DNA of 64,000 nucleotides from an uncultured Acidimicrobiia bacterium (GTDB lineage Bacteria; Actinomycetota; Acidimicrobiia; Spongiisociales; UBA11373): NCBI GenBank assembly GCA_964633975.1, contig CAZWKX010000002.1, positions 18,296 to 82,295 of the forward strand, read 5' to 3'. Shown piece by piece: positions 26,424 to 36,024 of this stretch (position 1 is its first letter; each line of letters starts with the position of its first letter). The notes under the pieces were generated by a model. It saw only the letters and a program-made list of their open reading frames with translations, ran no database searches and was not told where the DNA came from. The position numbers and the translations under genes were made by a program.

Positions 26424-27698
26424 CTAATCGACCTCAACCAGCAGGCCGCCGACGTAGGTCGTCTGCGCCACCAGCGCGACGACGCCGGCGACGACGACCC
26501 CCACCCTCAGGTTGATGGTGACCACTATCGGGATCAACGCCCCCACCACCCACGAGAGCTGGAAGAGGGTCTCCGAGCGGGTGAAAGAGCTGCCCCGGCG
26601 ATCGGGATGCACGGACTTCTGGAGCAACCCGTCGAAGGCGAACTTGGCCGTGCCCCAGGCCAGCCCGGCGGCGGCAGCCAGTCCGGCGGCAGCAGGGAGT
26701 GCAGGCCACTGCCCAGCTATGAAGGCGGCGGTGGCTTCGATGGCCAGCCCCGCCACCACCATCGGCTCCTCCCGAAGATATCTCTCGAGCAGCGGCGACA
26801 CGAACGAGGCCAGCCCAAAGCCCACACCGGCACCGGCCAGCAGTGCGGCGAAATCGAGGCCCGCATCGGTGCCCTGGAACTCGAAGGCGAGGAGCGCCAG
26901 GAGGAAACCGTTGAGCAGTCGAACTCCGGCCGTGGCGAGGCGAGAGAGACGAAGCCGCCGCTGCTGGGCCCGACGAGCCTCGTAGGAAGGAGCGGCGCGA
27001 GCCTCGGTGGCCAGGCTCAGAACCCGCTCGCGGCTGGAGCGCGGGTCAGGAAGGCCGAGGCTGGCATAGGCGGCAAACAGGAAAAAGACGATCGAGCCGG
27101 CCAGCGACCACTCCGCGCCCATCTGGACGAGCAATGCCGCCAGCGGCAACGCAAGCGCCCCGGCGAGAATGCCGATACGAGCCAGCTGGGCGTTTGCCGT
27201 GACCAGCGCAACCGGTTCGGGCAGAGCCACCGGCAGCATGCTGCTCTTGCTGATCCCGTACAGCCGGGACAGCACCAAGAGACCAAAGGCAAGCGGATAG
27301 AGCCACAGGGTGTCCAGGCCGGTGACCAGCATGCCCACAACCACGAAGGCGCGCAGCAGCGCCGCCAGCGTCAGCACAGCCCGGTACACGGCCGGGAACC
27401 GCGTGAAGAGCGCACCAAGCAAAGGGGTGACGACGGCAAACGGCGCCATGGTCAGCAGGAGATAGAGCGCGACGTCCTGCCGCGCCTGTGCCGCCTCCAC
27501 ACTGAAGAAGAGCGTGTCCGCCAGACCGACGGCCACCAGGGCGTCCCCGGCCACGTTGGCCGCCCACGACACGGCTAGCTGCTTGAAGGCGGGACCGTTG
27601 CGGCTGAAGATGGCATCGACCCGGCGCACGGCCGCCCGAGCCGTCTGCCGGGCCAGGCCGCGCTGCCGCTCGGGTCTCGTCGGTTGGCCCTGCATCAC
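26424..27698 (-). CDS. MFS-type transporter
   Basis: 424 aa with 12 predicted TM helices in a 6+6 arrangement and a charged central loop. Confidence 0.55.
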   Translation of the reverse strand: MMQGQPTRPERQRGLARQTARAAVRRVDAIFSRNGPAFKQLAVSWAANVAGDALVAVGLADTLFFSVEAAQARQDVALYLLLTMAPFAVVTPLLGALFTRFPAVYRAVLTLAALLRAFVVVGMLVTGLDTLWLYPLAFGLLVLSRLYGISKSSMLPVALPEPVALVTANAQLARIGILAGALALPLAALLVQMGAEWSLAGSIVFFLFAAYASLGLPDPRSSRERVLSLATEARAAPSYEARRAQQRRLRLSRLATAGVRLLNGFLLALLAFEFQGTDAGLDFAALLAGAGVGFGLASFVSPLLERYLREEPMVVAGLAIEATAAFIAGQWPALPAAAGLAAAAGLAWGTAKFAFDGLLQKSVHPDRRGSSFTRSETLFQLSWVVGALIPIVVTINLRVGVVVAGVVALVAQTTYVGGLLVEVD

Positions 27699-27753
27699 GA
27701 CCCCGAAGTTAGCGCCGCGTCGGCACAGAGGTGGCGCGCTCGGATCTGCCCGC

Positions 27754-29121
27754 CTACAGAACCTTCGTCACCAGCTCGGCGAGCGGGCTGCGGACCGTCT
27801 TCTCAAGAGTCACGTGTCCGAATAGCGTCGAGCCCTTGAGCTTCTCGATCAGGGTGGCCGCACCCCCAAAAGGCGAGACGTAGGGGTTGTCCAGCTGCGT
27901 GAAGTCGCCACAGAGCACGACCTTGGCATCGGCGGCGATCCGGGTGAGGATCACCCTCAGGGTGGGAAGCTCGAGATTCTGCGCCTCGTCGATGATGACG
28001 AACTCCCCCGTGATGGACCGGCCCCGCAGGTAGGTGATGGCCGCCATGTCGAGCACGTCGCGCTCCAACAGCTCCTCGAGAGCGTGACGTGCCGCAGCCG
28101 GATCGCCCTCGGCGAAGAGGGCGAACAGGTTGTCGGTGATCGCCGCCATCCAAGGCGCCAGCTTCTCCTCGAGATCACCGGGCAGGAAGCCAAGCTCCTG
28201 ACGCCCGACGGCGATGAGCGGTCGGTACACCGAAACCTTGCGGTACCGGCCCGCCTCGAGCACCTGCTCCAAGCCGGCGGCGAGAGCGAGGAAGGTCTTG
28301 CCGGTGCCCGGGGGGCCCATAAGCGAAACGGCCGGGATATCGGGGTTGAGCATCAGATCAAGCGCAAAGGCCTGCCGCAGGTTCTTCGACTCGATACCGA
28401 AACACCGACGCGACCCCGGCACTCGCACGATTACCGGGCACGGAGCTACGTCGACGACCTGACCCAGCGCAGACTGCGACCCGGGCCCTTTCAACACAAC
28501 GAACTCGTTGCGGTGCACCGCAGCACCTGGCAACTCCGCCTTGCCGTCGGCATAGAGCCGATCGATGACGTCTGATCCCACCGCCACCTCGGTCACACCC
28601 GAGTACGACTGGTCCACGGTCACGGTGTCGGCGCGATAGTCCTGGACGTGCACCCCGAGCTGCGCCGCCTTGATGCGGAGAGCGGCATCGCGGGTCACCA
28701 GCACCACCGAGGTTCCGCCGTCGGCGAGATGCAGGCAGACCGAGAGCAGGCAGTGATCGGGGGTGCGCGGATCGAGCACTTCGGGCAGGCGCTCCGAGGC
28801 GACCCCATTCGGCTCTATACGCAGCGACCCGCCTGAGGGAAGCCGCACCGGGTCGAGCATCCCGCCGGGACGCGACGCCCCGTAGTCCTCGAGGAGGCGG
28901 ATGGCACGCCGCGCATTTGCGCCGGCTTCGTCGACTCGGGCCTTCTGTCGGTCCAACTCCTCCACAACCACAAGCGGCAGCACCACGTCGTGCTCCTCGA
29001 ACATCAAAAGAGAGCCGGGATCGGCGATGAGGACACAGGTGTCGAGCACGTAGGTTCGATGTGCGGCGGCGCTGCTCGGCACGGCAAACCACAGACTCAT
29101 GGAGCCGATGGCCAAAAGCAA
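27754..29121 (-). CDS. PhoH2-like protein (N-terminal PIN domain + PhoH RNA-helicase-like ATPase)
   Basis: TYVLDTCVLIADPGSLL..VVVEELD is a PIN domain; GPPGTGKTFLALAAG (Walker A) and VIIDEAQN (Walker B) follow in the PhoH core. The exact start is uncertain. Confidence 0.75.
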   Translation of the reverse strand: MLLAIGSMSLWFAVPSSAAAHRTYVLDTCVLIADPGSLLMFEEHDVVLPLVVVEELDRQKARVDEAGANARRAIRLLEDYGASRPGGMLDPVRLPSGGSLRIEPNGVASERLPEVLDPRTPDHCLLSVCLHLADGGTSVVLVTRDAALRIKAAQLGVHVQDYRADTVTVDQSYSGVTEVAVGSDVIDRLYADGKAELPGAAVHRNEFVVLKGPGSQSALGQVVDVAPCPVIVRVPGSRRCFGIESKNLRQAFALDLMLNPDIPAVSLMGPPGTGKTFLALAAGLEQVLEAGRYRKVSVYRPLIAVGRQELGFLPGDLEEKLAPWMAAITDNLFALFAEGDPAAARHALEELLERDVLDMAAITYLRGRSITGEFVIIDEAQNLELPTLRVILTRIAADAKVVLCGDFTQLDNPYVSPFGGAATLIEKLKGSTLFGHVTLEKTVRSPLAELVTKVL

Positions 29122-29173
29122 GGACCGCGCGCCCGGCCCGCGCCGGGCCTCGATGCGGACCTCCCGCTAGCGT

Positions 29174-30199
29174 TTGACCATGGCCGACGAAATCCGCCGC
29201 GTAGCCGTCATCGGTGCCGGGTCGTGGGGAACCGCCGCGGCCCGTCTCGCCGCTGCACACGCCGAGGTCCACCTCTGGGCCCGCGAGCCCGAGGTGGCAG
29301 ACGCCGTCACCAACCAGGGCGAGAACACCGTGTTCCTGCCCGGCTTCCCCATCCCCGACACGCTGACATGCACCAACGACCTGCCGAAGGCGCTCGAAGA
29401 TGCCCAAGCGGTAGTGATGGCCGTTCCTTCCCACGGGTTCCGGGCCGTGATAGCAGCCGCCGCACCACACATCCCCAAGGGCGCCCCCGTGGTCAGTCTC
29501 ACCAAGGGGATCGAGCAGAAAACGCTGAAGCGTATGACCGAGATAGTCGTCGAAGAGACCGGGCACGCTTCCGATCTCGTCGGGGTGCTCACCGGCCCCA
29601 ATTTGGCAGTCGAAGTGGCCGCCGGCCAGCCGGCGGCCACCGTCATCGCCATGAGGAGAGAATCCGCTGCCGCCGCGGCGCAGCGGCTCTTCATGGGGCC
29701 CACCTTCCGCGTCTACACCAACCCCGACGTCGTCGGCTGTGAGTCGGCGGGTGCTCTCAAGAACGTGATGGCGCTGGCCGCCGGCATGGCCCACGGCCTC
29801 GGCTACGGCGACAACTCGATTGCGGCTCTCATCACCAGGGCCCTCGCCGAACTCACCCGTCTCGGCGTTGCCATGGGTGGCCGGCCCCTCACCTTCGCCG
29901 GCCTGGCCGGCATGGGCGACCTCGTCGCCACCTGCACCAGCCCCAAGAGCCGGAACCGCCGAGTCGGCGTCGCCCTCGGAGAAGGCCGGAAGCTCGACGA
30001 CATAGTCGCCGAGATGAACATGGTGGCTGAAGGGGTGAAGACCACCGCCGCCGTTCTCCAACTGGCCGACCGCCACGGCATCGAGATGCCCATCGCCAGC
30101 CTGGTCGGCGAGGTCCTCTACGAGGGCTTGGCTCCCGCCGAAATGGTGAACCGCCTCATGAGCCGCGCCGCCAAGGCCGAGCTGCACGGCATCGACTGA
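29174..30199 (+). CDS. gpsA: NAD(P)H-dependent glycerol-3-phosphate dehydrogenase
   Basis: RRVAVIGAGSWGTAAARLAA.. Rossmann N-terminus and the GpsA C-terminal domain (ALKNVMALAAGM..GDL). Confidence 0.9.
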   Translation: MTMADEIRRVAVIGAGSWGTAAARLAAAHAEVHLWAREPEVADAVTNQGENTVFLPGFPIPDTLTCTNDLPKALEDAQAVVMAVPSHGFRAVIAAAAPHIPKGAPVVSLTKGIEQKTLKRMTEIVVEETGHASDLVGVLTGPNLAVEVAAGQPAATVIAMRRESAAAAAQRLFMGPTFRVYTNPDVVGCESAGALKNVMALAAGMAHGLGYGDNSIAALITRALAELTRLGVAMGGRPLTFAGLAGMGDLVATCTSPKSRNRRVGVALGEGRKLDDIVAEMNMVAEGVKTTAAVLQLADRHGIEMPIASLVGEVLYEGLAPAEMVNRLMSRAAKAELHGID

Positions 30200-30276
30200 T
30201 ACCACTACACCCCATCCTGGCTATGGTGGCGCCCGGTCAAGAAATCCGGTCCCAGCTCCGATACGTCTAGGAAGCT

Positions 30277-31842
30277 ATGAGGCGCTCAAACCGCGACCGT
30301 CTCGCGGTGGTTGCTGCATTCGTTCTGGTGATGTCGTGCCTTGCGATGTCCACCGCGGCCGCCGTCGAGCCCGGTCACAACTTCGGCGAGAAAGTGGATT
30401 ACCCCCTGGTCTTCCCGGTGGATGCTCCCGCCATTGCCGGCGGCCGCACGCAATTCTGGGACTCCAGGGCGTCGGGTACCCATCACGCTCAAGACATCAT
30501 GGCCGACAAGATGACACCCGTGTTCGCCGTCGCCGACGGCACGGTTCGCTACGTCAACTGGTCGTCGAACCCCGAGGACCTCAAACCCGATCGTTGCTGC
30601 TCGCTCTCGATCGCCCATGACGACGGCTGGAGCTCGGTGTACATCCACCTGAACAACGACACCGAAGGCACCGACGATGGTGAGGGATGGGGCATCGCCC
30701 CCGGCATCCTGCCGGGCACCCATGTGAAACGGGGACAGCTCATCGGATGGGTCGGTGACTCCGGAAACGCCGAGAACACGATGCCCCACCTCCACTTCGA
30801 GCTAGTCGACTACTACGGCATCTATGTGGACAGCTACCCGTCGCTGGTCCGCGCCCAGGCGGCCAGGGGCTACACGTGCGGCGGCACGAAGGCGACCCAC
30901 GTCGCCACGCCCGGCAACCGCACCATCAGCGGCACGAGGTACGACGACGTAATCGTCGGCACCATCTATGCCGACAGGCTCATCGGCCGCGGCGGCGACG
31001 ACCTGATCTGCGGCAACGGCGGCGACGACTACCTGAACGGGGGCAACGGCCAGGACGTGCTGCGCGGCGGAGGCGGCAACGACGTCCTCATCGGCGGCAG
31101 CGGCCGCGACCAGCTGGACGGGGGCCTCGGCCACGACGTGCTGCGCGGCAAATCCGGCAACGACGTGATACGCGGCAAGAGCGGGAACGACCGGCTCTAC
31201 GGCGACGGCGGAGCCGATTACCTCGACGGGGGGAACGGCAGTGACATGCTCGCCGGCAAGGGCGGCCACGACGTCATCGACGGGGGCAGCGGCGACGACT
31301 ACCTCTACGGCGGGGCGGGCGGCGACGTCCTCAACGGAGAGGCAGGCGACGACATGATCTCCGGCGGGAAACAAGACGATCTCCTGTACGGCGGGGAAGG
31401 CGAGGACATCCTCATCGGCAACGAGGGCGACGACTGCCTGTACGCCTCGGCGCAAGCCGATGCCTACGACGGGGGCGACAACACCGACACACTGCTCTTC
31501 CTGCTCGTGGAGGAGCCGGTGGACGTTGACCTGGCCGCGGGAACCATCTCGGGCGGCGCCGCCGGCACCATGGTTGCCATCGAGTACATCGTTGGGACCC
31601 CCGCCGATGACATCATCAGCGGCGACGAGGCAGCCAACAACATCGACGGCGCTGGGGGTGCCGACACGATCAGCGGCGGCGCCGGCAACGACAACCTCTA
31701 CGGCGGCACCGGAGACGACAGCATCTTCGGAAACGACGACGACGACACCTGCGACGGCGGCGACGGAACCGACACCTGTGACGGTGGAGACGGAACCGAC
31801 ACCTGCATCGCCGAGAACCTCATCGCCTGCGAGCCGACGTAA
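30277..31842 (+). CDS. Secreted M23-family metallopeptidase fused to RTX (hemolysin-type Ca-binding) repeats
   Basis: Sec signal MRRSNRDRLAVVAAFVLVMSCLAMSTAAA. M23/LytM zinc motifs HHAQDIMA (HxxxD) and PHLHFE (HxH). Then ~25 GGxGxDxL/I nonapeptide repeats (GGDDLICGNGGDDYLNGGNGQDVLRGGGGNDVL..). The C-terminus has Cys-containing DGGDGTDTC x3. Confidence 0.8.
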   Translation: MRRSNRDRLAVVAAFVLVMSCLAMSTAAAVEPGHNFGEKVDYPLVFPVDAPAIAGGRTQFWDSRASGTHHAQDIMADKMTPVFAVADGTVRYVNWSSNPEDLKPDRCCSLSIAHDDGWSSVYIHLNNDTEGTDDGEGWGIAPGILPGTHVKRGQLIGWVGDSGNAENTMPHLHFELVDYYGIYVDSYPSLVRAQAARGYTCGGTKATHVATPGNRTISGTRYDDVIVGTIYADRLIGRGGDDLICGNGGDDYLNGGNGQDVLRGGGGNDVLIGGSGRDQLDGGLGHDVLRGKSGNDVIRGKSGNDRLYGDGGADYLDGGNGSDMLAGKGGHDVIDGGSGDDYLYGGAGGDVLNGEAGDDMISGGKQDDLLYGGEGEDILIGNEGDDCLYASAQADAYDGGDNTDTLLFLLVEEPVDVDLAAGTISGGAAGTMVAIEYIVGTPADDIISGDEAANNIDGAGGADTISGGAGNDNLYGGTGDDSIFGNDDDDTCDGGDGTDTCDGGDGTDTCIAENLIACEPT

Positions 31843-31896
31843 CTCGGCGGTAAACGGAGGTTAAGGAGCGCGCCGCGCCGGCCGATACCGCCTGCG

Positions 31897-33297
31897 ATGG
31901 CATCGAGACACCATCTCGCAGTCGGCATGGCGCGCGCGGCTCTTATCGTGCTACTCGGCCTCGCAACGGCCAGCGCCGGAGCCTTCGCCGCCAGCGCCGA
32001 GGATGCCCGGCGCGTCGATCCCGGGATCATCGCCGGCGACGAGGGCAGTGTCACAGGCCTCGAAAGCGGCACGCCCGACCGCGACCGCCCGTTTGCCGAC
32101 ACCGACGTCGCCGCTGCGGACGCAAGCGGTGGCTCCCACTACTACGGCGAGATCGTCGATTACCCGCTCGTATTCCCGGTCGGCGGCGACGACTTCTACT
32201 ACGCCGACGACCAGTACATCGGATTCTGGGCGTGCCGGGACGGGTGCGAACGCACCCACCACGCCATCGACATCATGGCCGACAAGATGACCGAGATCCA
32301 TGCGGTCGCCGACGCCACGGTGACTTGGCTGGGCACCAGGTGCTGCTCGGTGTTCCTGACCCACGACGACGGCTGGGAATCCTGGTACATCCATCTGAAC
32401 AACGACACGGAGGGCACCGACGATGGGCTCGGCTGGGGCATCGCCCCCGGCATCGAGATCGGCACTCATGTGCAGGCGGGCCAGCTGATCGGCTGGGTCG
32501 GTGACAGCGGCAATGCGGAGGACACGCTGCCCCATCTGCACTTCGAGCTTTACGACCCGGCAGACGTGGTCGTCGATCCCTTCAGGTCGCTGCGCGAGGC
32601 CGAGGAAGCCCGAGGATTCTCGTGCGGCGGCCGTCCCGCCACCAGGATCGATACCAACGGCGATCATATCGTGCTGGGGACCCCTCACGACGACGTCATC
32701 ATCGGAACCGACGCGGCCGACTACCTGAACGGACTCGGCGGCAACGACTTGATCTGCGGTGGTGGCGGCGACGACACGTTACTGGGCGGATCGGGCGACG
32801 ATGCCGTTTGGGGAGGCGACGGCGCGGACTTGATCCTCGGCGGCCGCGGCGCCGATTCTCTGTACGGAGACCTCGGCAACGACGACCTACGCGGCGCAGC
32901 CGGCGATGATTCCGTCTGGGGCGGCCGGGGCAACGACTACCTCCACGGCGGCAGTGGAAACGACACGCTCACCGGCGAAAGAGGCAAAGACACGATCCAC
33001 GGAGGGGGCGGCGACGACGTGCTGCTCGGCATGCCCGGCCCCGATCGTATGTACCCGGAGACGGGCAACGACATCGTCGTCGGCGGCGCCGGACGGGACA
33101 GCATCTACTCGATATCGGGGCGCAACTTCATCAACGGCGGAATCGGGCGAGATACCGTGCTGTACTCCATGGCCGAGGGCCCGGTGACCGTCGATCTCCT
33201 CGCCGGCACGGCCACCGGTGTGGTCGACGACACGCTGCGGCGTGTCGAATTGGTCGAGGGATCGACCTGGGACGAGTCGAGCGGCGGCGACGGATAG
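31897..33297 (+). CDS. Secreted M23-family metallopeptidase fused to RTX repeats (paralog of the 30277..31842 gene)
   Basis: Signal peptide, then HHAIDIMA / PHLHFE M23 motifs and a shared NDTEGTDDG[EL]GWGIAPGI block. RTX nonapeptide repeats follow (GGNDLICGGGGDDTLLGGSGDDAVWGGDGADLILGG..). Confidence 0.8.
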   Translation: MASRHHLAVGMARAALIVLLGLATASAGAFAASAEDARRVDPGIIAGDEGSVTGLESGTPDRDRPFADTDVAAADASGGSHYYGEIVDYPLVFPVGGDDFYYADDQYIGFWACRDGCERTHHAIDIMADKMTEIHAVADATVTWLGTRCCSVFLTHDDGWESWYIHLNNDTEGTDDGLGWGIAPGIEIGTHVQAGQLIGWVGDSGNAEDTLPHLHFELYDPADVVVDPFRSLREAEEARGFSCGGRPATRIDTNGDHIVLGTPHDDVIIGTDAADYLNGLGGNDLICGGGGDDTLLGGSGDDAVWGGDGADLILGGRGADSLYGDLGNDDLRGAAGDDSVWGGRGNDYLHGGSGNDTLTGERGKDTIHGGGGDDVLLGMPGPDRMYPETGNDIVVGGAGRDSIYSISGRNFINGGIGRDTVLYSMAEGPVTVDLLAGTATGVVDDTLRRVELVEGSTWDESSGGDG

Positions 33298-33542
33298 GCA
33301 GACAGCCTCGGCCGAGACGACGGCGCCGCGCTCCACAGCCCCAAAGGCAACGCCCGACGCACCGACGCCCCCCGATCCGCTTTCCGGGATCTCGTGGGGC
33401 TGGCGCCATGGAACACCTCGTGGTACACAGTGCCCGGCCGCGTCGCAGCCAGGCTGCTGATCGAGACCGGACCCTGCCGTCTCCGACCGCCTCCCAGAGA
33501 CAGCGCCCACCAGCGCCTACAATGATCGTGCCAGGGGGTGAT

Positions 33543-33617
33543 ATGAAGAAGTTGATCTTGCTCCTCATCGTGGTCGCCGTGGTCATGCTCGTCGCCAAGC
33601 AGCTGACGAGCGACTAG
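33543..33617 (+). CDS. Putative 24-aa single-TM micropeptide
   Basis: MKKLILLLIVVAVVMLVAKQLTSD: Lys-rich N-terminus and a hydrophobic core. GGGGGTGAT precedes the ATG, and a TACAAT box lies ~25 nt upstream. No homology support. Confidence 0.3.
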   Translation: MKKLILLLIVVAVVMLVAKQLTSD

Positions 33618-34588
33618 GCCGGCGCACCACCCGAACTGCGATCTCCCCGCCGCCGGGGAGATCGTTCGTTTCGGGACAGGAACGACAGGATTGCCGCAGC
33701 GATCTCGTCGGCGTGGGTCAGCACCGCCTCGTGCCGAGCTCCCCCAAGCTCCACGACCTCAGCCCTGGGTATACGTGACGCGGTGCCCCGCTGCAGCGAG
33801 GCGGGGATCAGCTGATCCTGCGTCGACACGATGAACAGCACGGGGACGCCGAGCGTGCCCACCCACGGCCTGGAGTCGAAACGGTTTATCGCAAATGCCG
33901 ACTCGTAGTAGAGATCGACATCCCGATCGAGCAGCTCCTCCCACAACCAGGCGGCGTACCGGGATTCAACGGCTCCCACGGACAAGAGGTAGCGGTGCAC
34001 GACCCGGGGCACGGAGAGAGGATCGAAACGGGCCAGAGCCCTCCCCACGATGAAGACCGCGGCGGCCAACGGACGCGGCGCCCGTACCGGCTTTGCCGCC
34101 GTGGCCGCCAGTACCAGACACTCCACTCGAGCCGGGTGCCGCCGCGCCAACTCCTGCGCCGCCATACCCCCCATCGAATAGCCGACGACCACGGCCCGGC
34201 CCACCCCCACGGAATCGAGCACGGAAGCCACGTCGTCGGCGAGATCGGCAATCTCGAACCGGCCTCGGATCCGATCACTCTTCCCATGCCCTCGCAGGTC
34301 GAGGGTCAAGACACGATGGTGCTCCGCCAGCCCGGGCAACACGCGGTGCCACATGGCCAACGATGGGTACGCCCAGCCGTGCAGCAGAAGGATGGGGACG
34401 GCGGATTCAGGTCCCGTCTCGCGCACGAAGAACTCGTGCCTGCCGGCGACGACGGTGCGGCCGGGAGGACCCGGCGGCCGGGCCTGGATACCCACGAACC
34501 GGGGCGGCGCCTCCGGACCGAGCAGCCGCCAAAGGCCCCAACCTCCAAAACATATCGCCGCCGCCTTGCCGAGCCGTGGCATGGCCAT
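33614..34588 (-). CDS. Alpha/beta-fold hydrolase
   Basis: HGWAYPSLAMW (HG oxyanion), GYSMGG nucleophile elbow, and C-terminal Asp/His. ATG at 34586..34588. It lies 46 nt downstream of selD on the same strand. Confidence 0.8.
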   Translation of the reverse strand: MAMPRLGKAAAICFGGWGLWRLLGPEAPPRFVGIQARPPGPPGRTVVAGRHEFFVRETGPESAVPILLLHGWAYPSLAMWHRVLPGLAEHHRVLTLDLRGHGKSDRIRGRFEIADLADDVASVLDSVGVGRAVVVGYSMGGMAAQELARRHPARVECLVLAATAAKPVRAPRPLAAAVFIVGRALARFDPLSVPRVVHRYLLSVGAVESRYAAWLWEELLDRDVDLYYESAFAINRFDSRPWVGTLGVPVLFIVSTQDQLIPASLQRGTASRIPRAEVVELGGARHEAVLTHADEIAAAILSFLSRNERSPRRRGDRSSGGAPA

Positions 34589-34634
34589 GAGCCTAAAGGC
34601 ATGGCTTCGCTGCGCTGCAGCGGATCCGGCCCCG

Positions 34635-35684
34635 TCAGACCAGCCTGATCCACCCGACTGCCTCGCCGACAAAACGCCCAATCACCGCGGCGGCGGGAGC
34701 CCCCTCAGCCGCAAGCCCACCGAGGAGGACGTCGAGCCGATCGGGAGCCACTGCTATCAGCAAGCCGCCCGACGTCTGAGCATCGGCCAGCAGAAGCCGC
34801 ATCGACGGGTCCGCCCCACCGAAGTCGGTGAAGGCTTCGGCATGGCGAAGATTGCGCATCGTGCCGCCCGGAGCGGCACCTGCAGCGGCAAGCTCCGCAG
34901 CGCCCGGCAGGATCGGCACTGCGCTGCAGTGAACCTCGGCGCCGATGCCGGGACCGCGGATCATCTCCTCCAGATGCCCCAGCAGACCGAACCCAGTGAC
35001 ATCCGTGGCCGCGCTTGCCCCGGCGAGGAGCATCGCTCGAGATGCTCCGGCGTTCAGGTGGGCCATGACCTCCACCGCGCGCCGGCGGTCGGCTGCGGAC
35101 ACGGAGCCGTTCTTGATACCGGTGGCCACCAGCCCGGTGCCTATCGGCTTGGTGAGCACAAGAACGTCGCCGGCCCGGCCGCCTCCATTGGTCACGATCT
35201 GGTCGGGATGCGCCAGCCCGGTCACCGCCATCCCGTATTTCGGCTCACGATCGTCGATGGAATGCCCACCTACCAGCAGACAGCCGGCCTCCGCCAACAC
35301 GGCGGCACCGCCGCGCATGGTGTCACCGAGGAGACTGAAGGGAAGCTCGTCACGAGGCCAAGCCACGAGCTGCAGCGCGGTGAGGGGCCGGGCGCCCATG
35401 GCGTAGAGGTCGGAAAGCGCGTTGGCCGCGACGATGCGGCCCCAGTCATATCCCTCGTCGACTATGGGGCTGAAGAAGTCGACACTTTGGACCAGCGCCA
35501 GATCATCCTCGAGCCGGAAGACCGCGGCATCGTCGGAGCTGTCGATGCCGACGAGAAGATCGGGATGCTCGAGCACGGTCAGGTTCTCCAGATAACGCAG
35601 GACCTGCGCCAGCTCGCCGGGAGCGAGCTTGCAGGCTCAGCCGGCACCGTGCGAATACCCGGTCAAACGGATCTCTTCGCTCAC
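34635..35684 (-). CDS. selD: Selenide, water dikinase (selenophosphate synthetase) with in-frame UGA (selenocysteine) at 35637..35639
   Basis: Minus-strand read-through gives VSEEIRLTGYSHGAG-U-ACKLAPGELAQVLRYLENLTVLEHPDLLVGID.., collinear with E. coli SelD [30 protein letters not shown]..NLLVG. The TGA aligns with catalytic Cys17. A GTG start at 35682..35684 follows GGAGGAGG. The ORF track only sees 34635..35576. Confidence 0.85.
35603..35635 (-). promoter_or_regulatory. SECIS-like stem-loop immediately 3' of the selD UGA
   Basis: mRNA: UGA-G-CCUGC-A-AGCUCGC-UCCCG-GCGAGCU-GGC-GCAGG. A 7-bp apical stem plus a 5-bp lower stem starts 1-4 nt after the UGA. Confidence 0.55.
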
Positions 35685-35998
35685 GCCATCACCTCCTCCC
35701 GGCTCTCGGCGGTTCTCCCCGCGTCTCCACGATGACGGATCTCCGGCAGGTTACCGAGCGGGAGTCTCATCGGCGGGCACGCGACCCCGCTCCCTCCCTC
35801 TCCTCTTGGGGCCACCACCACTCAATCGCCGGCACCTGCCCGGCAACGGCCCGTTGAGCACCGATCAAGCTCTTCGGCAAAGCGCGTATGCGCCTTTGAA
35901 TACGTCGCCGAGCCGGTTAGCATGATGAGCGGTGCCCTCGTGGCGCCCCACCCGCAGGTCCCCTTGCCCCCCTAGGGGGCCTGCACACCCACCGGGAT

Positions 35999-36024
35999 CG
36001 GCCCGCGACGCAAGTCGCGGGCCG
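35999..36024. other. 11-bp perfect inverted repeat with GCAA loop in the selD/mgtE divergent intergenic region
   Basis: CGGCCCGCGAC-GCAA-GUCGCGGGCCG. A 12-bp palindrome CCCCCTAGGGGG lies at 35968..35979. Confidence 0.5.

Noticed and set aside
28358-30205. 615-aa minus-strand ORF overlapping gpsA
   Set aside because: Antisense to gpsA and the PhoH2 gene; Gly/Arg/His-rich artefact.
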